Origin: Antedon mediterranea
Taxonomy: Eukaryota > Animalia > Echinodermata
Direction: 5' to 3'
NCBI RefSeq assembly: GCF_964355755.1
Contig: NC_092677.1
Coordinates: forward strand, 8,516,101-8,580,100
Length of the DNA stretch: 64,000 nt
Position 1 is the first letter of the stretch. Each line of letters opens with the position of its first letter. The notes below the pieces were generated by a model. The model was not told the DNA's origin. It saw nothing but the letters and a program-made list of their open reading frames with translations, and did no database searches. Both the position numbers and the translations under genes were made by a program. Below are positions 41,801 through 54,283 of this stretch, piece after piece.

Positions 41801-42124
41801 TACATAAATTTATAAAAAAAAAGTTTCAGTATTTTTAAGTTCAACATTCAGTAGATACGGTACTTGGACTTAATGAGGTAAATAATTTGTTTCGAAAATC
41901 TTAGCAAAATTTAGGCTACTTTATTTAATCAACGCCAATGCACACCATATTCAACGGTATAGATGAAAATATGTTTGCTTTTTTTTGTTCGACAGCAAAA
42001 GGAATTCACGGACATTGTTCACCGTCCTGTTTTGATTAAATGTGATGCTGACGTACCATCAGTGAGCAACATAAACACATCTTCAGCAAACACATCTCCA
42101 GCTCCCAGCAATGTCATTATATAA
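20824..42124 (+). CDS. GABA-B-receptor-like class C GPCR, about 813 aa, 17 coding exons
   Basis: Exons 20824-21069, 23455-23592, 27656-27826, 31657-31764, 32315-32380, 32966-33157, 33469-33714, 34455-34518, 34863-34943, 35208-35355, 35675-35807, 36327-36434, 37361-37483, 38942-39078, 39808-40000, 40326-40484, 41996-42124 splice in frame. Signal peptide, Venus-flytrap domain (MALEHINENPNILPNY, GPACS, AYDGLW), no cysteine-rich domain, 7TM motifs RLSSPNVN, KTWRVY, LAWETR, LNDSKYIG, LVFVPK, and a short coiled-coil-like tail. Confidence 0.92.
23095..23554 (+). repeat. 229-bp tandem duplication covering the intron 1 end and first 100 nt of exon 2
   Basis: GCGTCTGTTTGTTTAAAC starts at 23095 and 23324. 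Acceptor TTAG|TGTAGC occurs at 23226 and 23455. Confidence 0.95.
23835..24495. repeat. Two-variant minisatellite (25-bp and 30-bp units)
   Basis: CTACTCCGATAGGTCTAACTACCAA interspersed with CTACTCCAATATAATAGGTATAACTACGAA. Confidence 0.95.
24573..24739. mobile_element. Palindromic Harbinger-like MITE
   Basis: CTTTCACACCTGTTCCGGCACGG ... CCGTGCCGGAACAGGTGTGAAAG with an internal inverted repeat. Confidence 0.75.
26900..27050. mobile_element. MITE family B
   Basis: TGTGATGTGCCCA...TGGGCACATCACA core. Inverted relative to the copy at 43518-43660. Confidence 0.7.
28107..31140. mobile_element. 3-kb foldback-type non-autonomous DNA transposon with about 1.1-kb inverted arms
   Basis: TACTCTAGTAGCTAGATCAACTTTCGTAT... 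at 28107 is mirrored at 31140. Arms extend to about 29180 and 30015, with about 300-bp internal subrepeats and a possible TA TSD. No transposase ORF. Confidence 0.9.
39992..40295 (+). repeat. Degenerate minisatellite of about 30 bp built on the exon 15 splice donor
   Basis: Variants of GTTCCAAAAGTAAGTACCGTACTCGAGCGA fill the intron. Confidence 0.8.
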
Positions 42125-42280
42125 ACGGACGAATAGACTCTACTTGAATGTTGTCGCAAAATTCAACCTCTTCCTACTACTAATCAGTGTTATACTGTAT
42201 AAATCTGGTAAAAATGTTTAACGGTGCTTTATGATTTTATTTGTAATGTTTAAACGACCATAAACTACTCATATATCTGA

Positions 42281-42390
42281 AGCTTAGTTCACATTAGAGA
42301 CGCCAACATTAAGGGCTTGTGATTTGACCAATCACACGCGATGAGTTATTTATTGGTCAATCTTGCGTTTTCCTAGTGGGAACCAAGTTT
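42281..42390. mobile_element. Short family A-related MITE. Other decayed copies at about 23710-23835, 41275-41470 and 42973-43133
   Basis: AGCTTAGTTCACATTAG ... CTAGTGGGAACCAAGT with TGACCAAT/ATTGGTCA core. Confidence 0.65.
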
Positions 42391-43242
42391 AATTGTTTGA
42401 TGTGATTACAGTTTGTTTCGTATGTTCAGGTCTTATGTCGGAACATTATATGTATAACGTTGTCTTGAATTGATTTTGACAGTGCCGTATAATTCGACGG
42501 CAAACATGCACTCAGGAATACATAGAGCCCGTGTAGCTGTTCCTACTCACAAACATTAGCGATAACGCAACACCCTTGAAACCAACTTACCCGGGTAAAT
42601 AAATCAGCCTGAACGGGGCCCATACGTACGTATACCTACTAAAAAACAATACATCTCTTTACGAGACAAAAACTGATGACCATAATTGTACCTAAAAAGT
42701 ACAGTTTCCAAATTAAAATAAAACGAAAGGATAATAGGTCTACTGTAGCCTATATACAGTATAATATTTCTTATGCAACGAAAAATTACCTTAACGATAT
42801 TAGTGCCTCGCATATCAGCAGTGTTTATCTATTTTAGTGAAAAAATTGAATATAACTATCTATTGCAACTGTCGTTTTTGTTTCACATGTAATTGTAAAG
42901 GTCATTATTTATGGAGTGGTATTTTTTTTTCCGAGAGTGGGACGGGGGTGGGGGAGACAAATATATCTTGAAGCTCAAAGTTCCAACTAAAATCCATGGC
43001 AATGACGTACACGCAGACGCAAGTACATTCCAACCAATTACAATGATTCAAATGATCCGTTGCTGGTGATTGGTCAATTTATTACTAGCGTGGTAGTACG
43101 TCCTTGCGTTGCATTTTAGTGGAAACGAAGCTTTAGTTTGTGCACGTGACAACCCTCATAAGGTACTGTTTTTGTATGTGTGAACCAATGTGTCTTATCT
43201 TGTGACGATTTGTGTGACCATATATGGTAAAATAAGATGGTT

Positions 43243-43330
43243 TTATACCTAATACAGGTGGTGTTATACCTAATACAGGTGGTGTTATACCTAATACAGG
43301 TGGTGTTATACCTAATACAGGCGGTGTTAT
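43243..43330. repeat. 21-bp tandem repeat, 4 copies
   Basis: TTATACCTAATACAGGTGGTG repeated. Confidence 0.9.
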
Positions 43331-43517
43331 AATGTAAAAATAAATATAATGTAATAAATATAAATTTATAATGTTAAGTTAAATAAAACAGTTTAAAAAC
43401 AATATATGTAGTGTGAATTTATTTATTTACACATTAAAAATATTTACATTTAGTGGCTGAAATGTTGGAGATTCAACTACAGTAATTGGATTTTGCATAC
43501 AATTGCTATCAGAACTA

Positions 43518-43660
43518 AGCTCTGTCTTGACTACCAAACTAGTTTAACAAAAAACTGTGATGTGCCCAAATATGGTAGTGATATATCATGTTGTCATGTC
43601 CATATTATATGGGCACACCACGTTTTTTTGCACATAAAGTTTAATATTGTGGACAGAGCT
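43518..43660. mobile_element. MITE family B just downstream of the TMEM218 stop codon
   Basis: AGCTCTGTC ... GACAGAGCT TIR with TTA on the right. Confidence 0.75.
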
Positions 43661-43696
43661 TTAGTTGTCAATTGTTCATTTGATATAAAATCTTGC

Positions 43697-44761
43697 TTAA
43701 AACCTTCTAGTCTTTAGAGGCTTCGCAAGAATTCTCTCAGTCCAGTGTAGTGAGAACATGATACCAAGACATGCTAATGCAAAAATACCCATGATGCACT
43801 GGAGAACCAAACGCCCCCAGAAATTCTGGTCAGTTACCTGAAGAAAAAAATGAAAAGTATAATTGTTACATTTTTAACTTACTCAAGTAATTTACAGTGA
43901 TCACTCCACACGCAAAAATTCAACAAATAGAAAGTTGTTGTTGTTTCAAAGCGTCAGCAACGGACATCGCTCAAGAACTTTATTTTTTATTTATTCGGTA
44001 TAAAATAAATCACAACAATCCCAGCGGGCAAACCTGTGATTTACAAACATAAGACAAAAAAGAACACAACAAAATAGCAAGTAAGCAATCTTAATTACAT
44101 ATGAACGAGAGAAAAAAAAAAAAATTAAAAATACACTGTTAAATATATGTTTAAAGCAACGGAAATGGCTATCGGCACGGTCAACCGTGTGTGTGATTTA
44201 TTATAGTGTATCGGCACAGTTGGCTATGGATTACGGTTCCACTGCTCGGGTCAATTGATGGTCTTTATTTACCTTTATTTCTTCTGGTTCCGGTATAGCT
44301 GGCAGTTTTGGCCATAAAATAAGTGTGACTGTTAAAAAGGCTGCTAAAATGAATATCCCTGCTGCTGCATTTCTGAAACAATATATATAAATATTTATAA
44401 AATAGGAATTAAAATTACATTTCCGAACCATTAAACAGATTTCAAATCGATTAAAAAAAATAGATGTTTGTATCTTGTTTTTAGTATATAATATTTAGTC
44501 AGATATTATCGGATTTTGGTAAAAAAATGAATCAGTAGGCCTGCAGGCATCCGGATGTTTCTTGGGTGTTTTGAAGCTGGTAGGAAGGCCGGGTGGTGGA
44601 AGAATTTCAACCCACCTCTGCCCAACACAATTACATGGATGAAACATGCTTTGTACTTACTGCAAGGATGTTCTTGCACATAGGATGCATGAAAATATGG
44701 CTAAGGCCCATACAAATGCAAGGATAAACAGGCCGACACCAACACCCAATATTAAAGCCAT
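43697..44761 (-). CDS. TMEM218: Transmembrane protein 218 (ciliary transition zone), 113 aa
   Basis: Exons 44761-44661, 44372-44273, 43837-43697: MALILGVGVGLFILAFVWALAIFSCILCART...LILWPKLPAIPEPEEIKVTDQNFWGRLVL...ERILAKPLKTRRF*. Matches the TMEM218 pattern (LGVGxGxFILA, KIVD..F.GR, AKPL). Acceptor at 44822 implies an upstream UTR exon. Confidence 0.9.
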
Positions 44762-45008
44762 ATTATCAGCTACCCAATATAGCCTAGGCTAGGCTATTGG
44801 AGTCATATTCACACAGGTAATCTGAAACCAAACAAATTTAAATATTAAACAGTTTTTTTATTTATATTTGTTTTTATTTACACACCAAAGAAACAAAACA
44901 AAGTAATTAATGATGCATGCAATATCATAATAAATATATTTTTTAATTTTAGGCCTAGTTAGGGCCTAGAAGTTTTCTTTAAAAAATATAGCTATACTAC
45001 TTACTAGC

Positions 45009-46874
45009 GGATTACGGTCGAAGCGGCCGCCAACTAAAGCGGCCGCTAGTTCAATAACGGTAATCTGTATGGAACGCTGTGTGCGCTTTGATTGTCGTTG
45101 TTTTGTAATCTTTGATTGTCATTGTTTCGACAGGTTTTCTTTACCTCGGACGTAAATAACAATCTACATTATTATGTAATTTATTCTCTTTTTTTACAGA
45201 TTGAATGTGATACGCGTACGTTCTTTTAAACGAAAGGGCGAATCGATGATTACTTATTTTAACTGTTCTAAATGATATACATGTTTAATAAAGTCTATAA
45301 AATACATTGTGGTGTTTATATTGTATATTAATATAATATAATAATAAGCCAATTATTAAGAATTATATATAAATAAACCAATCAATAAAGTATATCAAAA
45401 TATATAAATATATTAATAATTAAAAATATTTGTTATTGTATATTAATTAATTAGTAAAGTAACTATAGTAGTGATCGCAATCATAATTTAATTACAATAA
45501 CATGATGACAGCAATTTATTTAATATCCTACACTATTTTATTAGGCCTACTTCTTTATTTAAATATTGATCAATTGAAAATGAGTTTTAAATACTAAAAT
45601 AAGATGAAAGTGTCTGTTTGATACGGTAATTAATTACGCGAATTTCTGCTAATAACTCGACTGACAGCCAGCAATAGTGCTGCGGCACATTAGGTGCGCG
45701 TCCCATGTTGCTTTATTAAAAACACAAACAATGTATTACAATGGAATAACACTTAAATGTATAACAACACACCCTATTACTAATAATAAAAACCAAGATT
45801 CGATAGTACAGTATGTAAATAAGATATAAATATTCGGCAATACCGTACGTAAATTATTATTATTGCAATACTGTATAAAGATTCGATAGTATGTAAACAA
45901 GATATAAATATTCGGCAATACCGTACGTAACTTATTAATGCAATACTGTATAAAGATTCGATAGTATGTAAACAAGATATAAATATTCGGCAATACCGTA
46001 CGTAAATTATTATTTAATGCAATACTGTATAAAGATTCGATTAAGTCTGTAAATGAGATATCAAGATTCGGCAATACCATACGTAAATTATTAATGCAAT
46101 ACTGTATAAAGATTCAATAGTATGTAAACTATATATAAAGATTCGGCAATACCGTACGTAAATTATTAATACAATACTGTATAAAGATTCGATAGTTAAA
46201 TGTAAATGAGATATAAATATTCGGCAATACCGTACGTAAATTATTATTGCAATACTGTATAAAATTCGATAGTTAAATGTAAATGAGATATAAATATTCG
46301 GCAATACCGTACGTAAATTATTATTGCAATACTGTATAAAATTCGATAGTTAAATGTAAATGAGATATAAATATTCGGCAATACCCGTACGTAAATTATT
46401 ATTTAATGCAATACTGTACATGTATAAAGATTCGATAGTATGTAAATGAGATATAAAGATTCGGAAATACCGTACGTAAATTATTATTATTGCAATACTG
46501 TATAAGGATTCAATAGTATATAAAAGAGATATAAAGATTCGGCAATACCGTATACGTAAATTATTATTGCAATACTGTATAAGGATTCAATAGTATGTAA
46601 ACGAGATATAAAGGTTCGGCAAAATATATTTCGATATATGTATTAGTTAATAGTAAATACAAATAAAATATACATTGATTTATCGGCAGGCAAACTTAAT
46701 TATTATAGAAATATAAAGATTTGATAGTACATGAGTTGGCTTATATTTATTTAACTCAACTCGCCATAGGCCATGACGTCAACAATCAAAGATTAAAGCG
46801 CACATGGCGTTCCATACAAATGACGATATTAAACTGGCGGCCGCTTTGGTTGGCGGCCGCTTCGACCATACTCC
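45009..46874. mobile_element. Mutator/MULE-like non-autonomous element
   Basis: About 100-bp TIRs GGA(T/G)TA(C/T)GGTCGAAGCGGCCGCCAAC. Exact 9-bp TSD CTTACTAGC at 45000-45008 and 46875-46883. Confidence 0.9.
45795..46625. repeat. About 77-bp tandem repeat (about 11 copies) inside the MULE-like element
   Basis: ATTCGGCAATACCGTACGTAAATTATT recurs about every 74-87 bp. Confidence 0.92.
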
Positions 46875-47279
46875 CTTACTAGCCTAGCTAGGCCTAAGTA
46901 ACTTAACAGTAGTAGGCCTATTTTATATCCCTGCTGCTGCAGGTCAGGGTGATTCCTAAAGATGTGGGTCCTATATAATTACCAAACTAAAGCTAGGCCT
47001 GCCTATTATTTTATGGCTTACTACCGCTTCGGCTTGTAGTTGCTGTCATCTAGTGCCAAAAAAAGGCCACTCACTGCACATGTAGAAGGCCTAGCCTAGC
47101 TAGGCCTAGGCTAGGGCCTAGCTAAGCTAACTCAAAAAAGGCTAGCTAAACCTACACTAAATGTATGCTTAAGGCGCAACTAAAAAGATTGATAAATAAC
47201 CAATAGGCTAGTATAAATACAAAATAAAGCTAGGCCTATTAGTATAGTAGACGTACTATTTTTATGATTGTAAATAAGC

Positions 47280-48300
47280 GAAATTTCCGGATTCAATGTT
47301 TATTGTTGCCAACTTTTTGTTTCTATATTGAAGAGCGCCCTCTATTTGTAAATTTTGTTTTTATATATCATTAGAAACAGATATGTTAATTTATACGTAG
47401 GCCTAGCCATGGATTTCTAATTCTTTAATCCATGGCCTAGCCTACACATGATGGGTTAGCGCATACCTATTTAATCTATATAGGCCTATATAAACAAATA
47501 TGGAATTTTGTATTTATTGTTGTATATGTACTATTTTGTAATTTCCATGATTCTTTATAAATAAATAAATAATACATGTAGTAACTATAGGTATTACCTT
47601 AACTTAATTTTTTGGTTCTAAAATAATAATTCTTAAAAATAGAAAAAAAAATGTATTATTGACTTGTTTATATTTTAATTAGCGAAACAGGGAGAAATTA
47701 AGTTTTTAAACGGTAACCACATTATTGATCAATCTATGATGATTTTATAGGACTACTAGTAGGCCTACTAGTAATGATTTGATAACAATTTTTATTCTTT
47801 CTCAAATTACAATTTTTATTCGGTCTCCAATTCCAATTAATTTTTTCTCAAATTATTTTTTTTATGCCAAATGACAAATCTAACCATCTACTTTAAGTTG
47901 GCCTGTGCTTACCACAAGTGTAATACTTAGCCTACACAAACTAACTACAGTGTTACTCTATTATAATAATGATTAGGTTTTATGTGGTAATTAATATGAC
48001 GGAAAGATCATCTTATCTTTTGTCTTTTTAAGTTTCCCACGATAAAAACAATAGTAATTATAGTGAGTTTTGTCTCTTCCCGCCAAGACTTAAAGAGAAA
48101 GCCACGCCTCGAACTTTAATTATTCAAATATTGGTCATGCATTATTCATAATGCACGTGATGAATGCCAATCAGCCGTCGGCGTTGTTGTAAAGAGCTGT
48201 CGGATAGCGCTAACCGTTGCGTTGACGGGAGAGTGACACACGAAAGGTACGTCAGTCATTTTTCATTTTCCGCCATCAATTTTATATTTAGTACAATTAG
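47280..48300. promoter_or_regulatory. Probable divergent promoter region for TMEM218 and PKNOX
   Basis: TTCCGG, GTTGCC and CTCF-like GAGCGCCCTCTA near 47285-47345. TTCCCGCC, GCCACGCCT, CACGTGA, CCAATCA and YY1-like CCGCCAT at 48077-48280, with locally raised CpG. Confidence 0.5.
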
Positions 48301-51300
48301 AAATGCCTTTACATAGGCTTAGGTTTGTGTGTTAACCTATTAGAGTGTTTAATAATTCATTTATTTTCATATGCACATGAAATATCGTCGGTTTTGTCGA
48401 GTATCGCGCAGAATATTCTGTTTCAGATAGCTTGTCCGACATGTTTGTAATCGATTCCCTTTGTGTGTGTTGGTTGATGGACGCTGTTAGTGAAGCGTTC
48501 ACAAGGCATTTAGGGAGGGGTTCACTAATCATATAGACAGCTGTATTCCCCTTGATTTATCATCTTAAGTGTGGCTCAAGTTAAGCGACAAGCTAAGCCT
48601 AAGTTGGTAGTCGCAGTACAATCATTTAATCTAATATCATTCATTTTCATGTGTTATTTTAACATGATTCAGTATAACAATAACATACAAATCAAGAAGG
48701 TTGATTTGCTCAGCTTGCCCTCCGCTCTCCGTTCGTTCATTCATGACCTTTTCGTCTATCTAGGCTAGGCCTAGCGGTATCATCATACATAGGCCTAGGC
48801 TAGGCCCTAGCTTAAGAAATAAAAAGCTGCATAGCCTATCAAAAATATCGGTGATCGACCAAGGCCTAGACATGTTTGAGTTTTATTATATATAAAACAT
48901 GACGTATACTATGCTAGGCCTATTAACAAAAAATACCGTTTTTAGTTTAAAAATTTTTTTACTGCAGGTACGGTTTTGCGGTATATTGTCTATTGAATTT
49001 ATTACTAATACTAGGCTGTAGTTCTTTTTTTTAAAATACAATACTGTTTAAATAAAAATTACTAATTAATACTGTGCTGGTGGTTTTTGCTACATTTTGA
49101 ATTGCATTTTGGTTGGTGTATGAAATTATTTATTGTTTTTGAGTTGTCCTTACCAAAATAGACAGGAAACATACAATTAAAATAAAAATTCTAGGAACAT
49201 CAAAAAGGACATCAAGGTTGTTGTAGTGCTAATTGGTAATTAAGATAACCATTAAAATTTCCATTTGATATCCACACAGTTCTAAAAAGGTAAATATAGT
49301 TTTACCATGGAGGTATTCTTTTTTATACCTCCATGGTTTTACTGTGTTACTACTTTGTATAAATGGAGGTATGCATTAGAAGTTATGTGTTCAAACTGAA
49401 TAATTAATTTTAAAACTTTTTGATATATTGATTTTTGACAAATTATTAATATGTTGGCGCTTCCCATTATAGTTTTCACACTCAGTGATTTGTTACTATG
49501 GGTATTACTGTACTTTTTGTATGGAGAGAACCTTATTTTTCTATCATTTCATTCTCCCAAAACAGCATGTAGTTAAGCCAAGTAAGCATTGTCTTAAATG
49601 TGACAATATTGCTGGTAGTGAACACCAATTAAGGGAAAATCTTCACTAAAAAAAATATCCTCTCAATAGAGATTAACTGTTAAAAGATATTTTTCCACTA
49701 TAGTTCATGTGAATGTGAAGAAGTGTCCCTTGAGTAGAGGCCCAGGGTATCCCAAAGGAGCACTGGAGGTGTTCTACTATATTTGTGTTAGAACACCTTT
49801 GGCTGCTGTACACAACCATAATTAATTTTAAATTTCTCCAGAAGGTTAAAGAATTTACTGTACACCACATTGTTTACTTAAACTTTAGATCAAATAAACA
49901 ATGTTTGCTGTCTAATTGTTCTCACATCCTGTGAGTGTACCTATTTCACTCTTGGTTGTTTGTCTTGTGTTTCCTACCAGCACTTCTTTGTTCATCTTTA
50001 TAAACAGGCAGTTGTTAGTATTTTTTACTATAATTGTAATTTAACTCTTCCCTGCTACCTGTTTTAACCATCATGAGAAAAGAAAACATTCCCTAGTTTT
50101 TTTTTAGATCTAATTTAATTCATTTATGTAAAAATAAATACTATGATAATATGGTCCTCTTGCTATAACTTTTTCGTCTTTGAACGGTTAAAAATTTTAA
50201 AAATAAGTGAATTCTAATAATTGTAGTGGCCCGCTATAAATCCCAACATGCATTGCGTGCGGATTTATATTTTAGTTTTTCTTTTGTGATTCACCTACAT
50301 TTGATCGCTCATGAAGGCCAAAAATTGAAGAACTGGTTTCCCCCAATACGGATTCTGGCAAAAACAAAAAGACAATTAATGCATCAACTAGACAATGTCG
50401 GGCTAGGCCTATAGCTAGCGTATGATGTTCGTACGTTACTGTTGTTTACCAGCTAGATCTACAAAACTAAGCCTAGCTAGGCCTAAAGACCATACATGAG
50501 AGGACATTCACCGTGAGCTACTTAGGAAGCCCCTGGTAGAATACCCCTAGTTTGTAGTATACCCCTGGTATGGGATGGGAGCAAAATTACAAAATGGCCT
50601 ATTAAAAGTCTGATTTTATTATTTTTAGTATTTTTTGGAGGTGGAGGTGCATTACACTTTTAAATTTATACAGTAGTAGATACAATACTCACACTTTGTT
50701 TTAAATTTTGTTATGATACTCTGTACAGTGTACAGAATAAAAAACTTGAACCAGTCATTGTTATTTCCTCTATGGTTTGAAGATACTGTACTGTACCCTT
50801 AGCATTTTTTAGTGCAAAATGTGTCAAATGCAGTAGGCCTACTATTACTACTATACTAATGCAGCTGGCTAATTTAAACAGCCTTGCTTCAATGCAAAAC
50901 AATTCTATGGATCTGAACATTCTAGTGTAATAAACATGTCAAATGTAACACACAACAAACTAGGCTAGGCCCACAATTCATTTAACCTTGCACCATTAGT
51001 ACAGTACTGTAGTTACTAGTGCAGTTTGGGCTTTAGAATGCAAACAAAATCAATTTGAGAACACAATTAAAACCTTTGTTAACATTTCTCAAATTACCAA
51101 AATGTTTTTATAATTGATTTTGATGAAATATGACGCTTGTTAGTATCGAATAACATTTGTATTATTTGTGAAGTACACTACATTACAATTCGACTCATTA
51201 AATTCCGAAAGCTCTTGCACTCTGTGTCAATTTACACACCTGATTAAATTCTAAATGGACTGCAGGAACTACTGTGTAGGTGAACTATTGGCAAAGGACC

Positions 51301-52765
51301 CTAAAATCTAGATTGACCTTACATTTATCCCTCAATATAGATCCTAAATGGCTAAAGCAAAAAGACTTAAGCTGCAAGAGAATTGACAAAACTGACGCTT
51401 GTGATTTGTCAGTTGGGGACAAAAATGTTATGAAATTTAAAAACCTGCAGTAATGTTTGTGAGCCAGGCCTGGAATATAATAAATGACTTGAAAGTACTG
51501 TACACAAACAACGTGTCTGTTTTGGATTGGGGCGTGCCCATCTGAGGACGTGGTTGATAGGTCAGTTGATTTTAGTGAAGGGATGCTAATCCAGAAAGAT
51601 ACATTCATAAACTAAAAACACCAACCTGTTGGTTTGTGTGTATTAAGATTACAAAATATTTTCCAGTCGCCTTGAACAAATAAAAATTGTTAATGCCATT
51701 TTAATGTCGCATTTACAGTATTAATTTTGACCAAATATTGGATTAGGAGAACAAAATATTACCTAAAATCTGTAATTTAAGTAAAAAAAATAATCAAATT
51801 GTTGACCTTTTTTCCTATGGAAAGGATGAATAATGTTATTAAAACTGCAAAGTGGCCTATTAAATCTGATTTAATTAATATATTTGGGAACAATAACATT
51901 AATCAACATAAAATAGAAAAACCAAGCAGAGCTACCATTATCTTTGAGGTGGTCATGAAAAACAAACATATATAGCTCTGTTCTAGATTGGAAACAAAAT
52001 ATGAACTGAACAATGTAAGACAGTCTAGTTATTGATAGAGGAAAAAGTACTTGTAACATGCAGTAGCCTATAACTTGATTACTGCATGGCTGAGGAAACT
52101 GAAATAAAGAGTTTGACAGCCTGCCAATCATTGTTATGATGCTTGACAGGTTATAATTATGCGAGTGCTTATTACCTTGAATGAATACATAAATATAAAT
52201 AATAGTATTGTAACTATTAACTTAACTTGTTTCCTAGAGTAATTGTGGCATGAATGGTTAGGATAAAATAATTTAGAGGTAGTTTTTAGAAATTAAAATG
52301 TGTGCAACAGGCTGAAAAATGTTGAAATGAATGGTTTATTTGGCTCTAATTACCATGCTTCAACTGAACATTAGATATCAGCTCATTCAGAAAAGAATAC
52401 CAACATGATGGAACTGTTTTGCATGGAAAAAAACCTTGTTGTCAATCATCGTTTATTATCTCAGTAACAGCTTGAGTGACAGGGATAGTGTTCAAAGTTT
52501 AGATGTCCAGTAGTGTGGTACTTGTACAGTGTTTGTATTGTCTTATCACAGTATCAGGGGGTATGCTCTCTAGAGAGGCCGGACACCTCTGGTGTACTGT
52601 TGGTGTAGGTTTTGAATGCCAACAAAATATAATATACCTTTATTTGTTTATTAAAATGTACAGTTAAGCAAGATATTCCTATATATAGTATAAATCATCA
52701 ATGACAACTTATTGTTATGTCACACAGTAGCTTTCTGTTATGTCCTACAATACTTACTTCATTAA

Positions 52766-53496
52766 CACTTTCACCGCCAGGCATTCAATAAAGGAAGTAC
52801 CCCTCACCGCCAGCCATTTTAGATAAATTTACCTGTTTTTCAAAGCTCATAGCAAAGGTGTTTGTAATCAGAATAACATGCAATATACACTCAAATAATG
52901 AGATAGAAATAAACTTTCCAATGGCACAAACACTTTATTGAAATAAAACTGTAATACCACATAATTGTACAAAGAACTTGGCTCACTTTTAGCACTTTAG
53001 GCTCAATCGGAGAACAAAGCAGAGATAATGAGGTTTTTAGCCTGGCTGCACTGTCTGTCAGTGTCACGTTTCTCAACCTATTCTACAAACTAGCCTAGGC
53101 TAGGCTAGCTAAATTATCTCCAATTATTTATTACATTTTATAAACCAGATTTAGGTACAAATATACCTTCATCATCTGGGGATAATAAATACTCATTTTC
53201 AGAGTCAGAGTCGGCAAATATTTCTGCAATTGCTTCGTCTGCAGTAAAGCACATTATGTTGTTGGATACGGATAGGACGCGATGTAGGCCAGCTGGGTCA
53301 ATGGCACTAGGGGTTAATAAAGTATCAAAATATTTACAGTCCAGATCGATTTGGATGTTGAAATTTCTCCATGCGGTCCATATATACCTGATCTAACAAA
53401 TTGTGCAATAAAAAGTCAAAGACGAAAATTTCTGTCTTTGGCGGTCTGGCGCTAGGCATCGAAAGACGGAGATTTCCGTCTTTGGCGGTGAAAGTG
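52766..53496 (-). mobile_element. piggyBac-like internally deleted element
   Basis: TTAA|CACTTTCACCGCCA ... TGGCGGTGAAAGTG|TTAA. Minus-strand acidic peptide MCFTADEAIAEIFADSDSENEY at 53254 resembles a transposase N-terminus. Confidence 0.85.
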
Positions 53497-54283
53497 TTAA
53501 CATTGCCTAGCCTACCAGTTAAAATTTGGCTATTATTACTATTAGCTAAAATGATTGAGTACAGATTATTGGGAAGGTACAGTATACTGAATGAATTATT
53601 CAGCATAATTAAATTAATAATTGCCTAAAGAATGTACTTAATTACTAGACTGTGCACTAACCTATTATATAGTTTTTAATTTAGTTCCTATAATTTATAC
53701 TAAAACAGTTAGTAGTACAGTGTAGTAGTAAGTACAGACTTACTAAACCCGAATACTGTACTTTTAAGACTGTACATACATACATACTGTACCTGTTCTT
53801 TAAATTACAAACTAACAATATGTTATTGTTAATTGATAATCATGCCTTAATATAACTATATTAAATAATACTATTGTACCGATACATAGGCCGTTAAACT
53901 AAATTACATTTTTATTTTTAATAATTTTAGAATATTGTTAGCTTTTTTTGTAATACACCTCACATTCTGCTGTACAACAATATATCTATTGTTTTAGACT
54001 TTTTTTACTATGAGGTGTTTTTGTCACTTTTCATAATGTCTTAGTTCTATACACACCTTGGAGTTACCTGAACACTCTTTTGTTTATTATAAAATGACAA
54101 TACATTACAATTAGCTTTTTTGAAATCATATAAAATATTGTCAATCTCTACTGTTTATCATAGCTTCAGAAGAAGGTAACAGATAAACTTGTTGCTGATT
54201 TCATATCTACAGTTAGATACATTCAGTACAGCTTACTTACTGTAGCACCTCTACAATTAATTAGTTGTAATTTTAGAGCTTTA

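Noticed and set aside
45736-46304. Repetitive minus-strand ORFs
   Set aside because: Translations of the 77-bp satellite.
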